From the NCBI RefSeq assembly GCF_963921235.1, contig NC_086118.1, positions 23,004,001 through 23,068,000 of the forward strand: DNA of 64,000 nt. Direction: 5' to 3'. Below the pieces are notes generated by a model. It saw only the letters and a list, made by a program, of their open reading frames with translations. It had not been told where the DNA came from and did no database searches. The translations under genes were made by a program, and so were the position numbers. Of this stretch, positions 51,843 through 64,000 are shown piece by piece; position 1 is the stretch's first letter, and every line of letters starts with the position of its first letter. Source of the DNA: Mobula hypostoma. Its lineage: Eukaryota.

Positions 51843-52534
51843 AAAAAGCCAAGTGTGAACTGCAAATAAATCCAACAACTTTGTCTAGGCCATTCATTCA
51901 TTTCCTGCATCAAAGATGAGATAGCAAGGTGAATTTCAGAAAGGAGCTTCAGTTACTTTGGTTTTATTGGTCCAAGGTACCTGGCAAAAAGCCAGTGTAG
52001 TTTCAACTTTTATCCTATTAAAGTCTGCATCCCAACTGGACAATAAAGCATTGTTCCGATCTGTGTATTTGGTAACATTACATAATAGATATAGCTTGGA
52101 TCAGTCATCTTTCTACACACACTGAAATGAAAACCATATGGTTGGACCAGGTTTCAACCACTAGTGATATACATAGATTTTGCTCATGTGCTCTCATTAT
52201 TAATGATATTTCTGGAAATATTTGTGTCCATGCAGCCTAATAAATGTCGTACGGGAATAGCATAGGATTTAGACAATCTGGAAGATTGCTTTTTATTTAT
52301 GGACAAAATTTGTACTTTTAGGATCGGACAATCAATGTTGTAACTGCAACCCTTAGTAAACTTGTTCAGTATTTGGTCAGAAGCTTAGATATAATATATT
52401 AAAATAAATGCCCATTTTCACTTTCTAATCTGGGCGTCAAACTGCATTAAAAATTTGCAGTTGCTGGAAACCTGAAATAAAAACAGAAAATGGTGGGAAC
52501 ACTTGGCAAGTTGGACAGCATCTGTAGAAGGAGG

Positions 52535-52825
52535 TTTATTTATGTATGTATTTATTGAGATTCTGTATGGAATAGGCCCTTCTGGCACTGCAGGCTGTGC
52601 CGCCCAGCAACCCCCGATGTCACCCCAACCTTATCATGGGGCAATTTACAATCACCAATTAACCCACCAACTAGTACGTCTTTGGACTGTGGGAGGAAAC
52701 CAGAGCACCCGGAGGAAACCCATGCGGTCACGGGAACAGTATACAAACTCCTTACTGACAACAACAGGAATTGGACCCAGGTTGCTGGTACTGTAAAGCA
52801 TTACGCTAACCGTTATGTTACCATG
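52535..52825 (-). mobile_element. V-SINE-like SINE
   Basis: tctttggactgtgggaggaaaccagagcacccggaggaaacccatgcggtcac is a reverse-complemented V-domain. Confidence 0.8.
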
Positions 52826-53588
52826 ACAACCCCAATAGTTAATGCTATAGTGCCAACATCGACAGTTTATTTAATGTCGTTTGTCTAGTAGTTGTGTAAT
52901 AATTGTGCTAGTCACTGTTTTGTATATATTGTAGCACTGAATTTGTAATAAAGATATTTTGTGACAAAATATTTAATGTTAAAGTTCAGATAAACGGTGT
53001 TCGGTCTAAAGTGTTGTGTTTCTCCTTCCACCTGCTTGAACCATTGAGTATTGCAAGCATTTGCTCTTGAAGCCATCTTCTCTACAACACCTAACATGGG
53101 GTACTCAAGCTCAACACAATTGCCTGCTATTATATTCTTGAATGATGCATCAAACTGTCTTATGGCAACTTCTGCATTCATTTATTGATTGATTTAGACA
53201 GATGGCGGATGGTTCTCGGCCCTCATTTCCCACTCACTTTTTGTGAGACGCTTACATTTGCAACCAGTCTAACGAGTGAACTATGAATTTCTGTTGTCAG
53301 AAACGCCATTCAATTGACTTCATATCTCTCTAGTAATAGTTGAAATATATTTGAAAGATAGAAATGTAAAATGTATTAATAGTAAGAAGCGAATTAATTT
53401 AAAACCATATTCATCATATTGTCAAAGTAATAAAAACAAACCGTATTATTCCCTTTACCTTCTCAATGAAGGTCAGTGATTCCAGTCATTCGAATGAGAC
53501 CACAACAGATGGCCCAATTATGAATGGTGGAAGACAAAGTTCAGGTGCCAAGTGCTTTAGATGGTTCAGCTCGATACATTGTGAAATG

Positions 53589-53714
53589 TCAAGGAAATTG
53601 GTGCTGGTCCCAGTAGTTGATTGAGAGGGTGCGAACTTCTGAAATATTCTTAGTTGGATTTCTGAATGCAACTGTTAGCTGGCTCTCAATATGGTCTGGT
53701 CTTGTACTGACTGC
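53589..53714 (-). CDS. Weak candidate terminal exon of a minus-strand gene (AVSTRPDHIESQLTVAFRNPTKNISEVRTLSINYWDQHQFP*)
   Basis: Acceptor gtatttttatAG; 41 open codons; AATAAA on the minus strand at 53181-53186; unique sequence. Confidence 0.25.
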   Translation of the reverse strand, partial: AVSTRPDHIESQLTVAFRNPTKNISEVRTLSINYWDQHQFP

Positions 53715-55057
53715 CTATAAAAATACCTCTTTGTGATTCACAATCACATTTATTTGCTTTGATCCTTCAGTGTCAGATTAGATTAATCACACAGCAAACC
53801 AAAGACAAACACAAGGCAGGTGAAAAGCAAACACACCACAGAATACAAAGAACCTCTTTGCCTCTTCATATAGCGATCATAAATTGAATGCAAGCAAAAT
53901 CAATAGTTGAGTTTCTGTAAATATTCTGATAAACTAGTTTCATCTTTACAAAGAAAATAAAGCTATTGACCTTTCAGAAGCATTTTTTTTCATTAGTAAA
54001 GAAAATGCTGCTGGTGGTTTAAATAGTTTTGATACCTTTGTGGCCTATGTGGAATTCAAAGGCTGAGCTTTAAAAAGATTTGCCTCTCACCTTCAGGGAA
54101 GAAGAGTACTATATGCTTAGCACAAAAGCATGTGGACCTTGATCAGAGAGTTTGTTCCAGTTTTGCAGGGAGTGAGAAATTTACATCAGTTTCCTCTTTC
54201 ATAGGTTACTGGAGGTCTAGCTAACCTGTTGCACAACAACTTAATTAAATACTGTTAAAGGAAGGCAGATTTCCAGTTATCTCATGGGGAAGAAAATTAG
54301 CATAATTCCATGACTGAACAGATGGTGGCCATGGTCTACAGCTCCTGTAGGAGCAGAAGGCTTGGCCCCAGCTCTTTCAACGCTCCCTGTTCCACATAAT
54401 GGCTACAATGCTTTATGTGCTCATTGAGTAATGTAATGTCACCTCATTCTCCTACATTCTTTTGACACTGGATGAATTCCAATGGTTTGGAGGGTAGCTA
54501 ATGTGACTTCGCTATTTACAAAAGAGAGAAGAAAAACAAGGAATTTGGACTGGTTAGCCTGACATTTGTGAGGAGGAAATTGCTAGTGTCCATTACGTCA
54601 GAGCATTTAAGACCAGAAGACTTGGGAGCAGAATTATGCCACTTGGCTCATCGAGTCTGCTCCGCTGTTCCATCATGGCTGATTTGTTATCTGTCTCAAC
54701 CCCAATTTCACTATTTGGAAAACAGTGGTAAAATCAATCAAATTCAGCATACATTTAACAAAAGTAAAATCAAGTTCTGCAGTTGCTGGAAGTCTAAATA
54801 AAAAAAAGATATGTGGGAAATATTGAGCAGTTAGACAATATCTGTGGGAAGATAAATATAGGGAATATTTTAGACTGAAGAACCTGGGGAATCATTCTTG
54901 AATCATTTCTTGATAAATTCAGTGAATTTTCATGAGTATTTAACTAGCAAAATGGAAGTTGGTGAACTAATGTGAGTGTACTGTATTTAGACATTCAGAA
55001 GGATTTTACTAAGATCTCACAGAAGACATTACTATGTGAAATTTAATCAAAATGGAT

Positions 55058-55700
55058 CAAAATCAGAATCACTGTATCACTGGCATACAGTGTGTTGTGA
55101 AATTTCTTGTTTTGCAATATATAATATTAAAAACTATAAACAGTATCTATGAAAGTTAAATAATTAGTGCAAAAGGAGGGAAAAATACTGAGGAAGTGTT
55201 GTTGGGTTCATTGTCCATTCGAAAATCTGATGGCAGAGGGGAAGAGTCTGTCTCTGAAATGATGAATGTGTGTCTTCAGGCTCCTGTATCTCCTCCTTAT
55301 TGGTAGCAATGAGAAGAGGACATGTCCTGGGTGATGGGGGTCCTTAATGACAGATACCTCCTTTCTGAGACATTGCCCATAGAAGATGTACTCAATGCTG
55401 GGAAGGCAAGCGCCCATGATGCAGTTGGCTGGGTTTACAGCTTTCAGCAGCTTTTTCCAATATGCAGTGGTCTCTTTATACCAGAAGGTGATGCAACCAG
55501 TTAGAATGCTATCTAAGGTATGCCTGTAGAAATTTGCGAGTGTCTTTGGTGACATGCAATTTCACCTCAAATTCCAAATGAAACGCAGCCTCCGTCATCC
55601 CTTCTTTGTAATTGCATCAATATGTCGGGCCCAGGATAGATCTTCTGAGACGTTCACACCTTGGAACTTGAAACTGCTCACCCTCAATGAGGATTGGTGT
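55058..55700 (-). mobile_element. Rex1/Babar 3' fragment
   Basis: MSPKTLANFYR..SILTGCITFWY...KDPHHPGHVLFSLLP. Confidence 0.87.
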
Positions 55701-56056
55701 GTATAAGTTATTTTCAGCTCTGACTCAGACAGTATTGTCTGCAGATGTGAAATTGCAAGTAAGTCTTCACATTGGCAGCAGCATCTTTTAGGAGGCAAAC
55801 TCATCTTCCGCGTCTGTGCAGCACAGTATCTTTGTAGTTACCGTTCACAAAAGTTTCCTCTACTGGAATTTTCCTCATATCATGCCTGTTTTGCACTAGT
55901 TTATGGATATTAGATGCTTAAATAGTAATTAGTATTAATATGATGTTGTGCTGACCTTTTAACTTTCTCCAAAATGTACCTGACCCTTCGCTCTCACATA
56001 ATTCTCCATTTCTCTCATCCACGTGCCCATCTAAGAGTCTCTTAAATGCTCTTTTC

Positions 56057-56094
56057 CAGTCCTGATGAAGGGTCTCAGCCCGAAACATCATCTG
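56057..56094 (+). ncRNA. Minimal type-I hammerhead motif in a Penelope-tail insertion (~56050-56175) inside a CR1 tail
   Basis: CAGTC CTGATGA A GGGT-CTCA-GCCC GAA ACAT C ATCTG: catalytic core intact, stem I partly decayed. Confidence 0.65.
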
Positions 56095-57543
56095 TGTATT
56101 CACTTCCATAAATGCTGCCTGTTTTGCGTGTATTTCTGTAGATTTCTCGCATCTGCAGAATTTCTAGTCTTTCTGTCTTAAATGTCACTAATTATCGACT
56201 TCTATCACCACCTCTGGCACCTACCTCTGATAATCCTTCCCTATATCCTTCTTCAATCACCTTAAAATTAAGCCCTCTCATATTAGCAATTGCTGCCCTG
56301 GGAAACCGTAACTGGCTGTCCACTCTATCTATGCCTCTATCAACCTCTATCAAGTCACCCCTCATCCTCTTTCACTCCAAAAAGAAAAAGGGTACTTGAG
56401 CTAATAATTATTGGACTTAACATTCTGTGTAATGAGCAATTAATGTGCTCGTGCAATGACAGTTTGGTAAGCAACCATTTTACAAAGCTAATGGCAGCTA
56501 AAACTTGTGTTTTGTTTTGTATATACTGTAATGAGCCAATATTTCTATCTGAAAGTTTCCACTGAAAAGGGATATCGTTTAAACACCATTATCTAATGTG
56601 GGTGGAAACAGTAAATTAAATATTTGTGTGTTTATTTCAAGCTTTCCTTTAAAGAGTGATTATTTCCTTGTATTTGCTTGTAAGCGCATAGCTCACAGAA
56701 AATAAACATAAACTCGTGCACTCAGCCCTTTCTTGGCAATAGCATGTCATTCTATGAGTAATGCAGTTCCAAAATAACAACCGTGGAATAAATAGTGTCA
56801 TCTTTTTACAGGCAACAGTTTTCTTCTGAAATGTGCTTTGTGAAAGTGGAGCAGGTTTGAACACAGACATTAGAGACGCAATTATTTTTCTTTGCTGGAT
56901 GTTCTGGCCACAACTCAGCAGAAAATCTGTGTGCACTAACTCACAGCAAGTCCCATAGACCCTTCCCTTGCTCATAACAGGTCCCAGCTAAACAAAGCTT
57001 CATTTTTAAAAATTAATTCTTATATATACTGTAATGTTTTATGATCTATGTTTTAAATTTCTGCATTTAATCCCTTCTTGGTTTCTCCTCTGCCTGTCTT
57101 TCAAATCTTTACCCTTGAATTGCACCACTCTGCTTTATAAAAATGATTACTTACCAAACTGTACAACTCCAAAGCCATGTTTAAGTTTGCTGATAACACC
57201 AGTGTCACTGGCCAGATCAAAGGTGATGACAAATCAGCATATAGGAGAGAGACTGAAAATCTGGATGAGTGGTGCCACAACAACAGCCTTTCACTCAATG
57301 TCAGCAAGACCAAGGATCTGATTATTGACTTCAGGAGAGGGAAACCAGAGGTCCGTGAGCCAGTTCTCATCAGAGAGTCATCAACTTAAATTCTTCGATG
57401 TAATCATTTCAGAGGACCTGTTCTGGACCCAGCATGTAAGTACAATTACAAAGAGAGCACCGCAACACCCCTACTTCCTTAGAAGTTTGCAAATACTCAG
57501 CGTGACATCTAAGAACTCTGAGGATCTAACCTGGTCCCAACAT

Positions 57544-58841
57544 AGTCAGCATGGATTTGTGAAAGGAAAATCATGTCTGACGAATCTCATAGAATTTTTT
57601 GAGGATGAAACTAGTAGAGTGGATAGGGGAGAACCAGTGGATGTGGTATATTTGGATTTTCAAAAGGCTTTTGACAAGGTCCCACACAGGAGATTAGTGT
57701 GCAAACTTAAAGCACACGGTATTGGGGGTAAGGTATTGGTGTGGGTGGAGAATTGGTTAGCAGATAGGAAGCAAAGAGTGGGAATAAACGGGACCTTTTC
57801 AGAATGGCAGGCGGTGACTAGTGGGGTACCGCAAGGCTCAGTGCTGGGACCCCAGTTGTTTACAATATATATTAATGACTTGGATGAGGGAATTAAATGC
57901 AGCATCTCCAAGTTTGCGGATGACACGAAGCTGGGTGGCAGTGTTAGCTGTGAGGAGGATGCTAAGAGGATGCAGGGTGACTTGGATAGGTTGGGTGAGT
58001 GGGCAAATTCATGGCAGATGCAATTTAATGTGGATAAATGTGAAGTTATCCACTTTGGTGGCAAAAATAGGAAAACAGGTTATTATCTGAATGGGGACCG
58101 ATTAGGAAAAGGGGAGGTGCAACGAGACCTGGGTGTCATTATACACCAGTCATTGAAAGTGGGCATGCAGGTACAGCAGGTGGTGAAAAAGGCGAATGGT
58201 ATGCTGGCATTTATAGCGAGAGGATTCGAGTACAGGAGCAGGGAGGTACTACTGCAGTTGTACAAGGCCTTGGTGAGACCACACCTGTAGTATTGTGTGC
58301 AGTTTTGGTCCCCTAATCTGAGGAAAGACATCTTTGCCAAAGAGGGAGTACAAAGAAGGTTCACCAGATTGATTCCTGGGATGGCAGGACTTTCATATGA
58401 AGAAAGACTGGATGAACTGGGCTTGTACTCGTTGGAATTTAGAAGATTGAGGGGGGATCTGATTGAAACGTATAAGATCCTAAAGGGATTGGACAGGCTA
58501 GATGCAGGAAGATTGTTCCCGATGTTGGGGAAGTCCAGAACGAGGGGCCACCATTTGAGGATAGAGGGGAAGCCTTTTAGGACCGAGATTAGGAAAAACT
58601 TCTTCACACAGAGAGTGGTGAATCTGTGGAATTCTCTGCCACAGGAAACTGTTGAGGCCAGTTCATTGGCTATATTTAAGAGGGAGTTAGATATGGCCCT
58701 TGTGGCTACGGGGGTCAGGGGGTATGGAGGGAAGGCTGGGGCGGAGTTCTGAGTTGGATGATCAGCCATGATCATAATAAATGGCGGTGCAGGCTCGAAG
58801 GGCCGAATGGCCTACTCCTGCACCTATTTTCTATGTTTCTA
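57544..58841 (+). mobile_element. Young 5'-truncated CR1 (RT C-terminal half plus 3' UTR)
   Basis: SQHGF, YLDFQKAFDKVPH, GVPQGSVLGP, FADD; one premature TAG at 58288-58290; (tttctatg)n tail. Confidence 0.95.
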
Positions 58842-59135
58842 TATCAATGTAGTTATAACGAAGGCTATGATTTATTAGAAGTTTGAAGAGATTTGGCATG
58901 TCAACAAATACACTCAAAAACTTCTATAGTTGTACTGTAGAGAGCACAACTAGCATGACAGGCTGCATCATTGTCTGGTATGGAGGGGCTACTGCACAGG
59001 ACCGAAAGAAGCTGCAGAAGCTTGTAAATCTAGTCAGGACATTCTTTAGGGAGTAGTGTCTCAGAAAGGCTGCATCCATTATTAAGGACCTCCAGCACTC
59101 AGGGCATGCCTTTTTCTCACTGCTACCATCAGGTA

Positions 59136-59396
59136 AGGAAAGGTACGATGCATCTAGAGATTCTCTGGTTGGCAGACGATTTCCCTCCACACCTCTCTGA
59201 GGTAGTGGGAATCGTATACGAGGCAAGTTACAGCAGTGGTTTGCCAGTGCCTTCTGCCAGGTGAGATTCCAAAGAGATCGCCAGCTCGTAACCCAGTACA
59301 GGTGGAAAGTGTGCAGGGGAGCCGGCTGGATTTGAACTGAGGACCTTTTGTCCTGAAGTCCGACGCTTACGCCACTAGGCCACCAGCCGGGTCCTA
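59136..59396 (-). mobile_element. tRNA-derived SINE with an RTE-like internal motif
   Basis: Box A TGGCCTAGTGG, box B GTTCAAATCC; gaaggcactggcaaaccactg; TSD catcaggta at 59127-59135 and 59397-59405. Confidence 0.82.
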
Positions 59397-60148
59397 CATC
59401 AGGTAGGAGGCACAAAAGCCTGAAGGCACACACTCATTGATTCAGGAACAGCTTCTTCCCCTCTGCCATCTGATTCCTAAAGGGACATTGAAGCTTTGGA
59501 CACTACCTCACTTTCTTTTTAATATACAGTACTTCTGTTCTTGCACATTTTTTTAAAAATCCATTCAATATATGTAATTGATTTACTTGTTTATTTATTA
59601 TTATTGTTTTATTTTATTTATTATATTTTTCTCTCTGTTAGATTTATATTGCATTGAACTGTTGCTGCTAAGTTAACAAATTTCACCTCACATGCCGATG
59701 ATAATAAACCTGATTCTGAAAACTTGTACAAATGTCTACAGATGTGTGGTGGAGAGTGTATTGACTGGTTGCATCACAACTTGGTGTGAAAACACCAATA
59801 CCCTTGAATGGAATATCCTACAAAAAGTAGTGGATATAACCCACCTACCACCCCACCAGCCTCCAGGTCCAGCATATTATTCTCCGTAACTTCCGCCATC
59901 TCCAACGGGATCCCACCACTAAGCACATCTTTCTCCCCCCCCCCTCTGCTTTCCGCAGGGATCGCTCCCTATGCGACTCCCTTGTCCATTCGTCCCCCCC
60001 ATCCCTCCCCACTGATCTCCCTCCTGGCACTTATCCTTGTAAGCGGAACAAGTGCTACACATGCCTTTACACTTCCTCCCTTACCACCATTCAGGGCCCC
60101 AGACAGTCCTTCCAGCTGAGGCAACACTTCACCTGTGAGTCGGCTGGG

Positions 60149-60442
60149 GTGATATACTGCGTCCGGTGCTCCCGATGTGGCCTTTTATATATTGACGAGG
60201 CCCGACGCAGGCTGGGAGACCGCTTTGCTGAACACCTACGCTCTGTCTGCCAGAGAAAGCAGGATCTCCCAGTGGCCACACACTTTAATTCCACATCCCA
60301 TTCCCATTCTGACATGTCTATCCATGGCCTCCTCTACTGTAAAGATGAAGCCACACTCAGGTTGGAGGAACAACACCTTATATTCCGTCTGGGTAGCCTC
60401 CAACCTGATGGCATGAACATCGACTTCTCTAACTTCCGCTAA
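60149..60442 (+). CDS. Penelope GIY-YIG endonuclease domain (C-terminal fragment)
   Basis: IYCVRCSRCGLLYIDEARRRLGDRFAEH...VATHFN...H...RLEEQHLIFRLGSLQPDGMN; the YIG motif reads YID. Confidence 0.9.
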   Translation: MIYCVRCSRCGLLYIDEARRRLGDRFAEHLRSVCQRKQDLPVATHFNSTSHSHSDMSIHGLLYCKDEATLRLEEQHLIFRLGSLQPDGMNIDFSNFR

Positions 60443-60734
60443 TGCCCCACCTCCCCCTTGTACCCCATCCGCTATTTATTTTTATACACACATTCTTTCT
60501 CTCACTCTCCTTTTTCTCCCTCAGTCCCTCTGACTATACTCCTTGCTCATCCTCTGGGTTCCCCCCCACTTGTCTTTCTCCCCAGACCTCCTGTCCCATG
60601 ATCCTCTCATATCCCCTTTGCCAATCACCTGCCCAGCTCTTGGCTCCATCCCTCCCACTCTTGTCTTCTCCTATCATTTTGGATCTCCCCCTCCCCCTCC
60701 CACTTTCTAATCTCTTACTAACTCTTCCTTCAGT

Positions 60735-60772
60735 TAGCCCCGACGAAGGGTCTCGGCCTGAAACGTCGACTG
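60735..60772 (+). ncRNA. Minimal type-I hammerhead motif in the Penelope 3' UTR (core U4 changed to C)
   Basis: TAGCC CCGACGA A GGGT-CTCG-GCCT GAA ACGT C GACTG. Confidence 0.65.
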
Positions 60773-62347
60773 TACCTCTTCCTAGAGATGCTGCCTGGCC
60801 TGCTGTGTTCACCAGCAACCTTGATGTGTGGTGCGTGTATATAACCCATTTCCCCTCCCCGCCACTGAGCCCATCTACATGGAGTTCTGTCACAGGAAAG
60901 CAGCATCCATCATCAGGGATCCCAATCATCCAGGTCATGCTCTCTTCTCACTGCTGCCATCAGGAGTCCTCAGGTCTCTCATCACCAGGTTCAGGAACAG
61001 CCATTACCCCACATCCATCAGGCTCTTGATCCAGTGGGGACAGCTTCACTTAACTTCACTCATCCCATCACCGAACTGTTTCCACAACTAATGGGACTTT
61101 CTAGGACTCTTCATCTCACGTGCTTGACAGTTATTACTTCTTTGTTTATTATTTTTTCCTTTTATATTTGCGCAGTTTTTGGTCTTTTGCACAGTGGTTG
61201 TTTGTCTGTGCTGTTGAGTGCGTTCTTTCATTGATTCTATTGTGGTTCTCGGATTTACTGAGTATGTCTGCAAGAAAACATCTGCGGGTCGTACAGTATA
61301 TGGTGACATATATGTACTTTGATAATATATCTACTTGGAACCTTGGTCATTTTAATGAAATAATTGCATGAGCACATAAATTGCTCATTACAGTTACTCC
61401 AGAATGTTGTCCAATAATTATCAGCTTAACTATCCTTTTGACAACAGAATAATTGTTAATAATAAGCAATCAACATCTCCAGCTCAGTATGTAAGCAATT
61501 TACAGCTTGAAGTATGATTCCTTCTGTCTTTTCCTTTCGATTATTTCTTATTTTCTCTTCAAGTCCATACTTTCTTACACTCTGAACTCTATTTGGCACT
61601 AAATTCAAGCATTCTAATTTATCTTTCATTTCAATTTTTCCTCTGATTTTCCTACTGTTCTATAATGTCGAAAGTTTACTTGCCAGGATGTGATGTGAGA
61701 TGCAATGAGATACCAAGCTTCAGCAAACTAAAGAGGTGTTATTAAAGATATGCAATAGTTAGCTGCTAACAGAATTTAATCTTGCCTTTGAATTTGTCAG
61801 AAGTTGAGCCAGTTAGAGAAAGCCATCCATGTGTTTCTTTCATGCAAAGGAAATTGGGCTCTAGGCAAGTGAAGTTGGACTACGGACATAGGGAACCATG
61901 GGGTTATTTGATGATGTGTTCTTTACAATGTAGAACCATAGGCTGTATAACACAATTTATAGCCTGGAAAGTGTTCAGTTTAGGGCTAATGTCTTGAAAA
62001 AGTTTTACTTACATTTAACACATAAAAACTTAGGTAGGTAACTTAGTTTCCAGGGTTTTCTCCACTATTTCAATATAATCACAGGTGATCCTTTACCTCT
62101 CATTCACTTTTCCACCTGATCCTCTTTATCCCTTTATTGTGAAAAGGCTGAATGATCTCAAGCTTAAAGATATTCAATGACTTAGCGCCCACATCCCTCA
62201 GTGGCATGGAATTGCTCAGATTTGTAACTCTGATGAATGAAATGTCTTCACCTTAGTCCACAGAGGCACTTTATAACTTATTCTAAGCTGTCAGAGCTTT
62301 CAAGCCTGTTAACATCTATCTCGTCAAACACAATTGTATGTTTCTAT

Positions 62348-63245
62348 TGTTACGTACCCCGTAACTGGGTTGCCAAACCAGCAGAAATGGATCACTCAGT
62401 TGGAGTCTGGATTACTAGAACTAAGGAAGTTTTATTAAAGAAACAAGCAACACAGTACTCTAATCAAAAGGATAATAAATGCAACAGTTCAGCAATGATA
62501 AACACACATGTACACAGAATTAGGATAACAGGATCAATCAAGCTCTATCGTCGTCTAGGGGTAAATGACCAGTTTTAAAGTGATGTAAAGTTCAGTTCAA
62601 TTGAATTCAGTTCAGTTCGCAGTAATCACTGCCATGGGAGATGGACGGTGGGGGGGAAGGAGAGAGAGAGCAAAACGAATGACTATTCAAATGGCTTCCA
62701 CACAGACCTTCGATATTCTTTGCAGTCAGCTTTCGGGCGAGCCCTTTGTGATGTCTTCTGAGGTCACCGACCGTGACCCCTCCGTTTCCAGATACGATCG
62801 TTTCTCTGCAGTGGCACCCAGGCAAGGGCGGACGCACACACTAGGTTCCTGCCGATCGTGCCTTTCCACCCTGTGCGTCTATGGCTTGGTCCCGCGACCA
62901 GCCTTCCAAAACTTCCCACCGACCTGTGGGAGACGCACCGCTTCCAGGGTCTCGTTACCTTGGGGTGTCGTGTGTGTCTTGCCTCAGCAAACCTGTCCCT
63001 TTTTATCCCCCTGCTGGGGTATCGCCTGTCCATCACTTCAAACAGTTCAGGGTTCAAAGGGGGAGCCGAGCTTGACAGCTCTCCTTCCGTTAAACTCTCC
63101 CGTCCCTTCATTAACATCTCCAAATGCTGCTCCATTGTTTTCCTTATCTCTCTTTCTCCTGAAGACAGGTGGCAGACCAACTTCTGATCCCACTGGTGCC
63201 AGCACAGGCCAGCTAACATCTTAATCTATGTGTATTCTCGTCACA
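62348..63245 (-). mobile_element. Solo LTR (898 bp), young
   Basis: TGTTAC...GTCACA termini; perfect 4-bp TSD ctat at 62344-62347 and 63246-63249; CpG-rich; AATAAA on the minus strand near 62431. Confidence 0.88.
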
Positions 63246-63879
63246 CTATGATATCACTCTATTCTACTAAACCCATGAGCATATACTCTAATACTATTGA
63301 ATGTCTCTCCTTAGGACAACCAATTCATTCCAGAAACCAATCACACATTACTGAGAGTAAGACACTTGGAATGATGAAATAGTAAATACTCTGTGTAATG
63401 GGAAATTTTTATCACATCTGTCACATAACAAGAGCTCTCTCATTTCTTCAAATTGTCAAAATGCTCATTCACATCTGTCCCATTAACAGAACAAAGTTTA
63501 TTGAAAACAAGACCATATTACCAAGGGCATAGAAAACTTGCTACAAAAATAATAGACAGGGAAATGAGGATGGAGGGGATGGTTTCTCATTTAGAAATAT
63601 GATAGCAGAACAACAAGAAAATAATTCTGGTCACAAGTCTCAAGAAAAATGGTAGAGGTAAAGAGCATTCATTATCTAAACTTGCCATGACATTAAAGTC
63701 TGGCCATGGTCCAGTGACAGTACTTTTGCCTCTATTTTATGTATAATCGCTGAACCATCAGGACATAATTTAGGGCAATACTTCAATGCAAATCTGATGG
63801 AACTCTTGCTTCACTGAAACAACGCATGATATGATTGTACTTGTTTTCCCAGCTGGCTGTAAAATAACCCCAGACACAC

Positions 63880-64000
63880 TCAATTGAATTGAATTGACTT
63901 TATTTCTTACATCCTTCACATACTTGAGGAGTAAAAATCTTTACATTATGTCTCTGTCTCAATGTGCAATGTGCAGATTATAGTAATTTGTAATATATAG
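63880..64000 (-). mobile_element. LINE 3' tail (same family as 7255-7470), truncated by the window end
   Basis: ttgaattgaattgactttatttcttacatccttcacatacttgaggag. Confidence 0.6.

Larger units (their letters stand above)
59844..60838 (+). mobile_element. Penelope-like retroelement 3' end (linker, GIY-YIG endonuclease, 3' UTR with hammerhead)
   Basis: C.R.KC..C linker and GIY-YIG domain; perfect 10-bp TSD atataaccca at 59834-59843 and 60839-60848. Confidence 0.93.
57160..61340 (+). mobile_element. Rex1/Babar copy A (57160-57512, 59719-59843, 60849-61340) hosting nested Rex1 copy B (~57513-59718) and other elements
   Basis: FKFADNT..SLNVSKTKDLIIDFRR; the sequence resumes collinearly after each insertion. 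Confidence 0.82.

Noticed and set aside
55718..55758. AG...GTAAGT-bounded 41-nt + strand segment
   Set aside because: It abuts a Rex1 truncation point and has no supporting neighbouring exons; such sites occur by chance.
57325..58290. 321-aa ORF that could be read as a novel RT fusion protein
   Set aside because: It is read-through from decayed Rex1 fragments into an inserted CR1 and ends at a premature stop; nesting explains it.
62601..63224. 207-aa and overlapping ORFs
   Set aside because: They lie inside a GC-rich solo LTR and have no recognisable domain.

Overview
A vertebrate, repeat-dense intronic/intergenic window; no prokaryotic-style operon, CRISPR array, rRNA or tRNA gene was found. 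The repeat mix (CR1 LINEs, Rex1/Babar LINEs, RTE LINEs, Penelope-like elements, V-SINE and Deu-SINE-like SINEs, Gypsy, Tc1) suggests a cartilaginous fish such as a ray or shark; this is an inference. Nearly all long ORFs in the track come from transposable elements. The longest is a young, 5'-truncated CR1 ORF2 (843 aa, 13483-16014, minus strand). I could not name any host gene. There are a few candidate spliced exons on the + strand (16574-16611, 19976-20004, 23107/23254 onward) that may be the alternatively spliced 3' end of a gene, plus weaker minus-strand candidates. The most notable signals are: (1) a minimal hammerhead-ribozyme motif in the 3' end of a GIY-YIG Penelope element, repeated in many short insertions, some TSD-flanked; (2) an RTE insertion with twin-priming geometry; (3) a SINE and its partner RTE LINE sharing a 3' tail within the window, with tail swapping between related SINEs; (4) a Gypsy element whose integrase region is inverted with a breakpoint duplication; (5) deep TE nests. 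None of these is convincingly a wholly new biological system; they are mostly known mechanisms, possibly in undescribed families. Family names come from motif recognition, not database searches, and boundaries without a quoted TSD are approximate.
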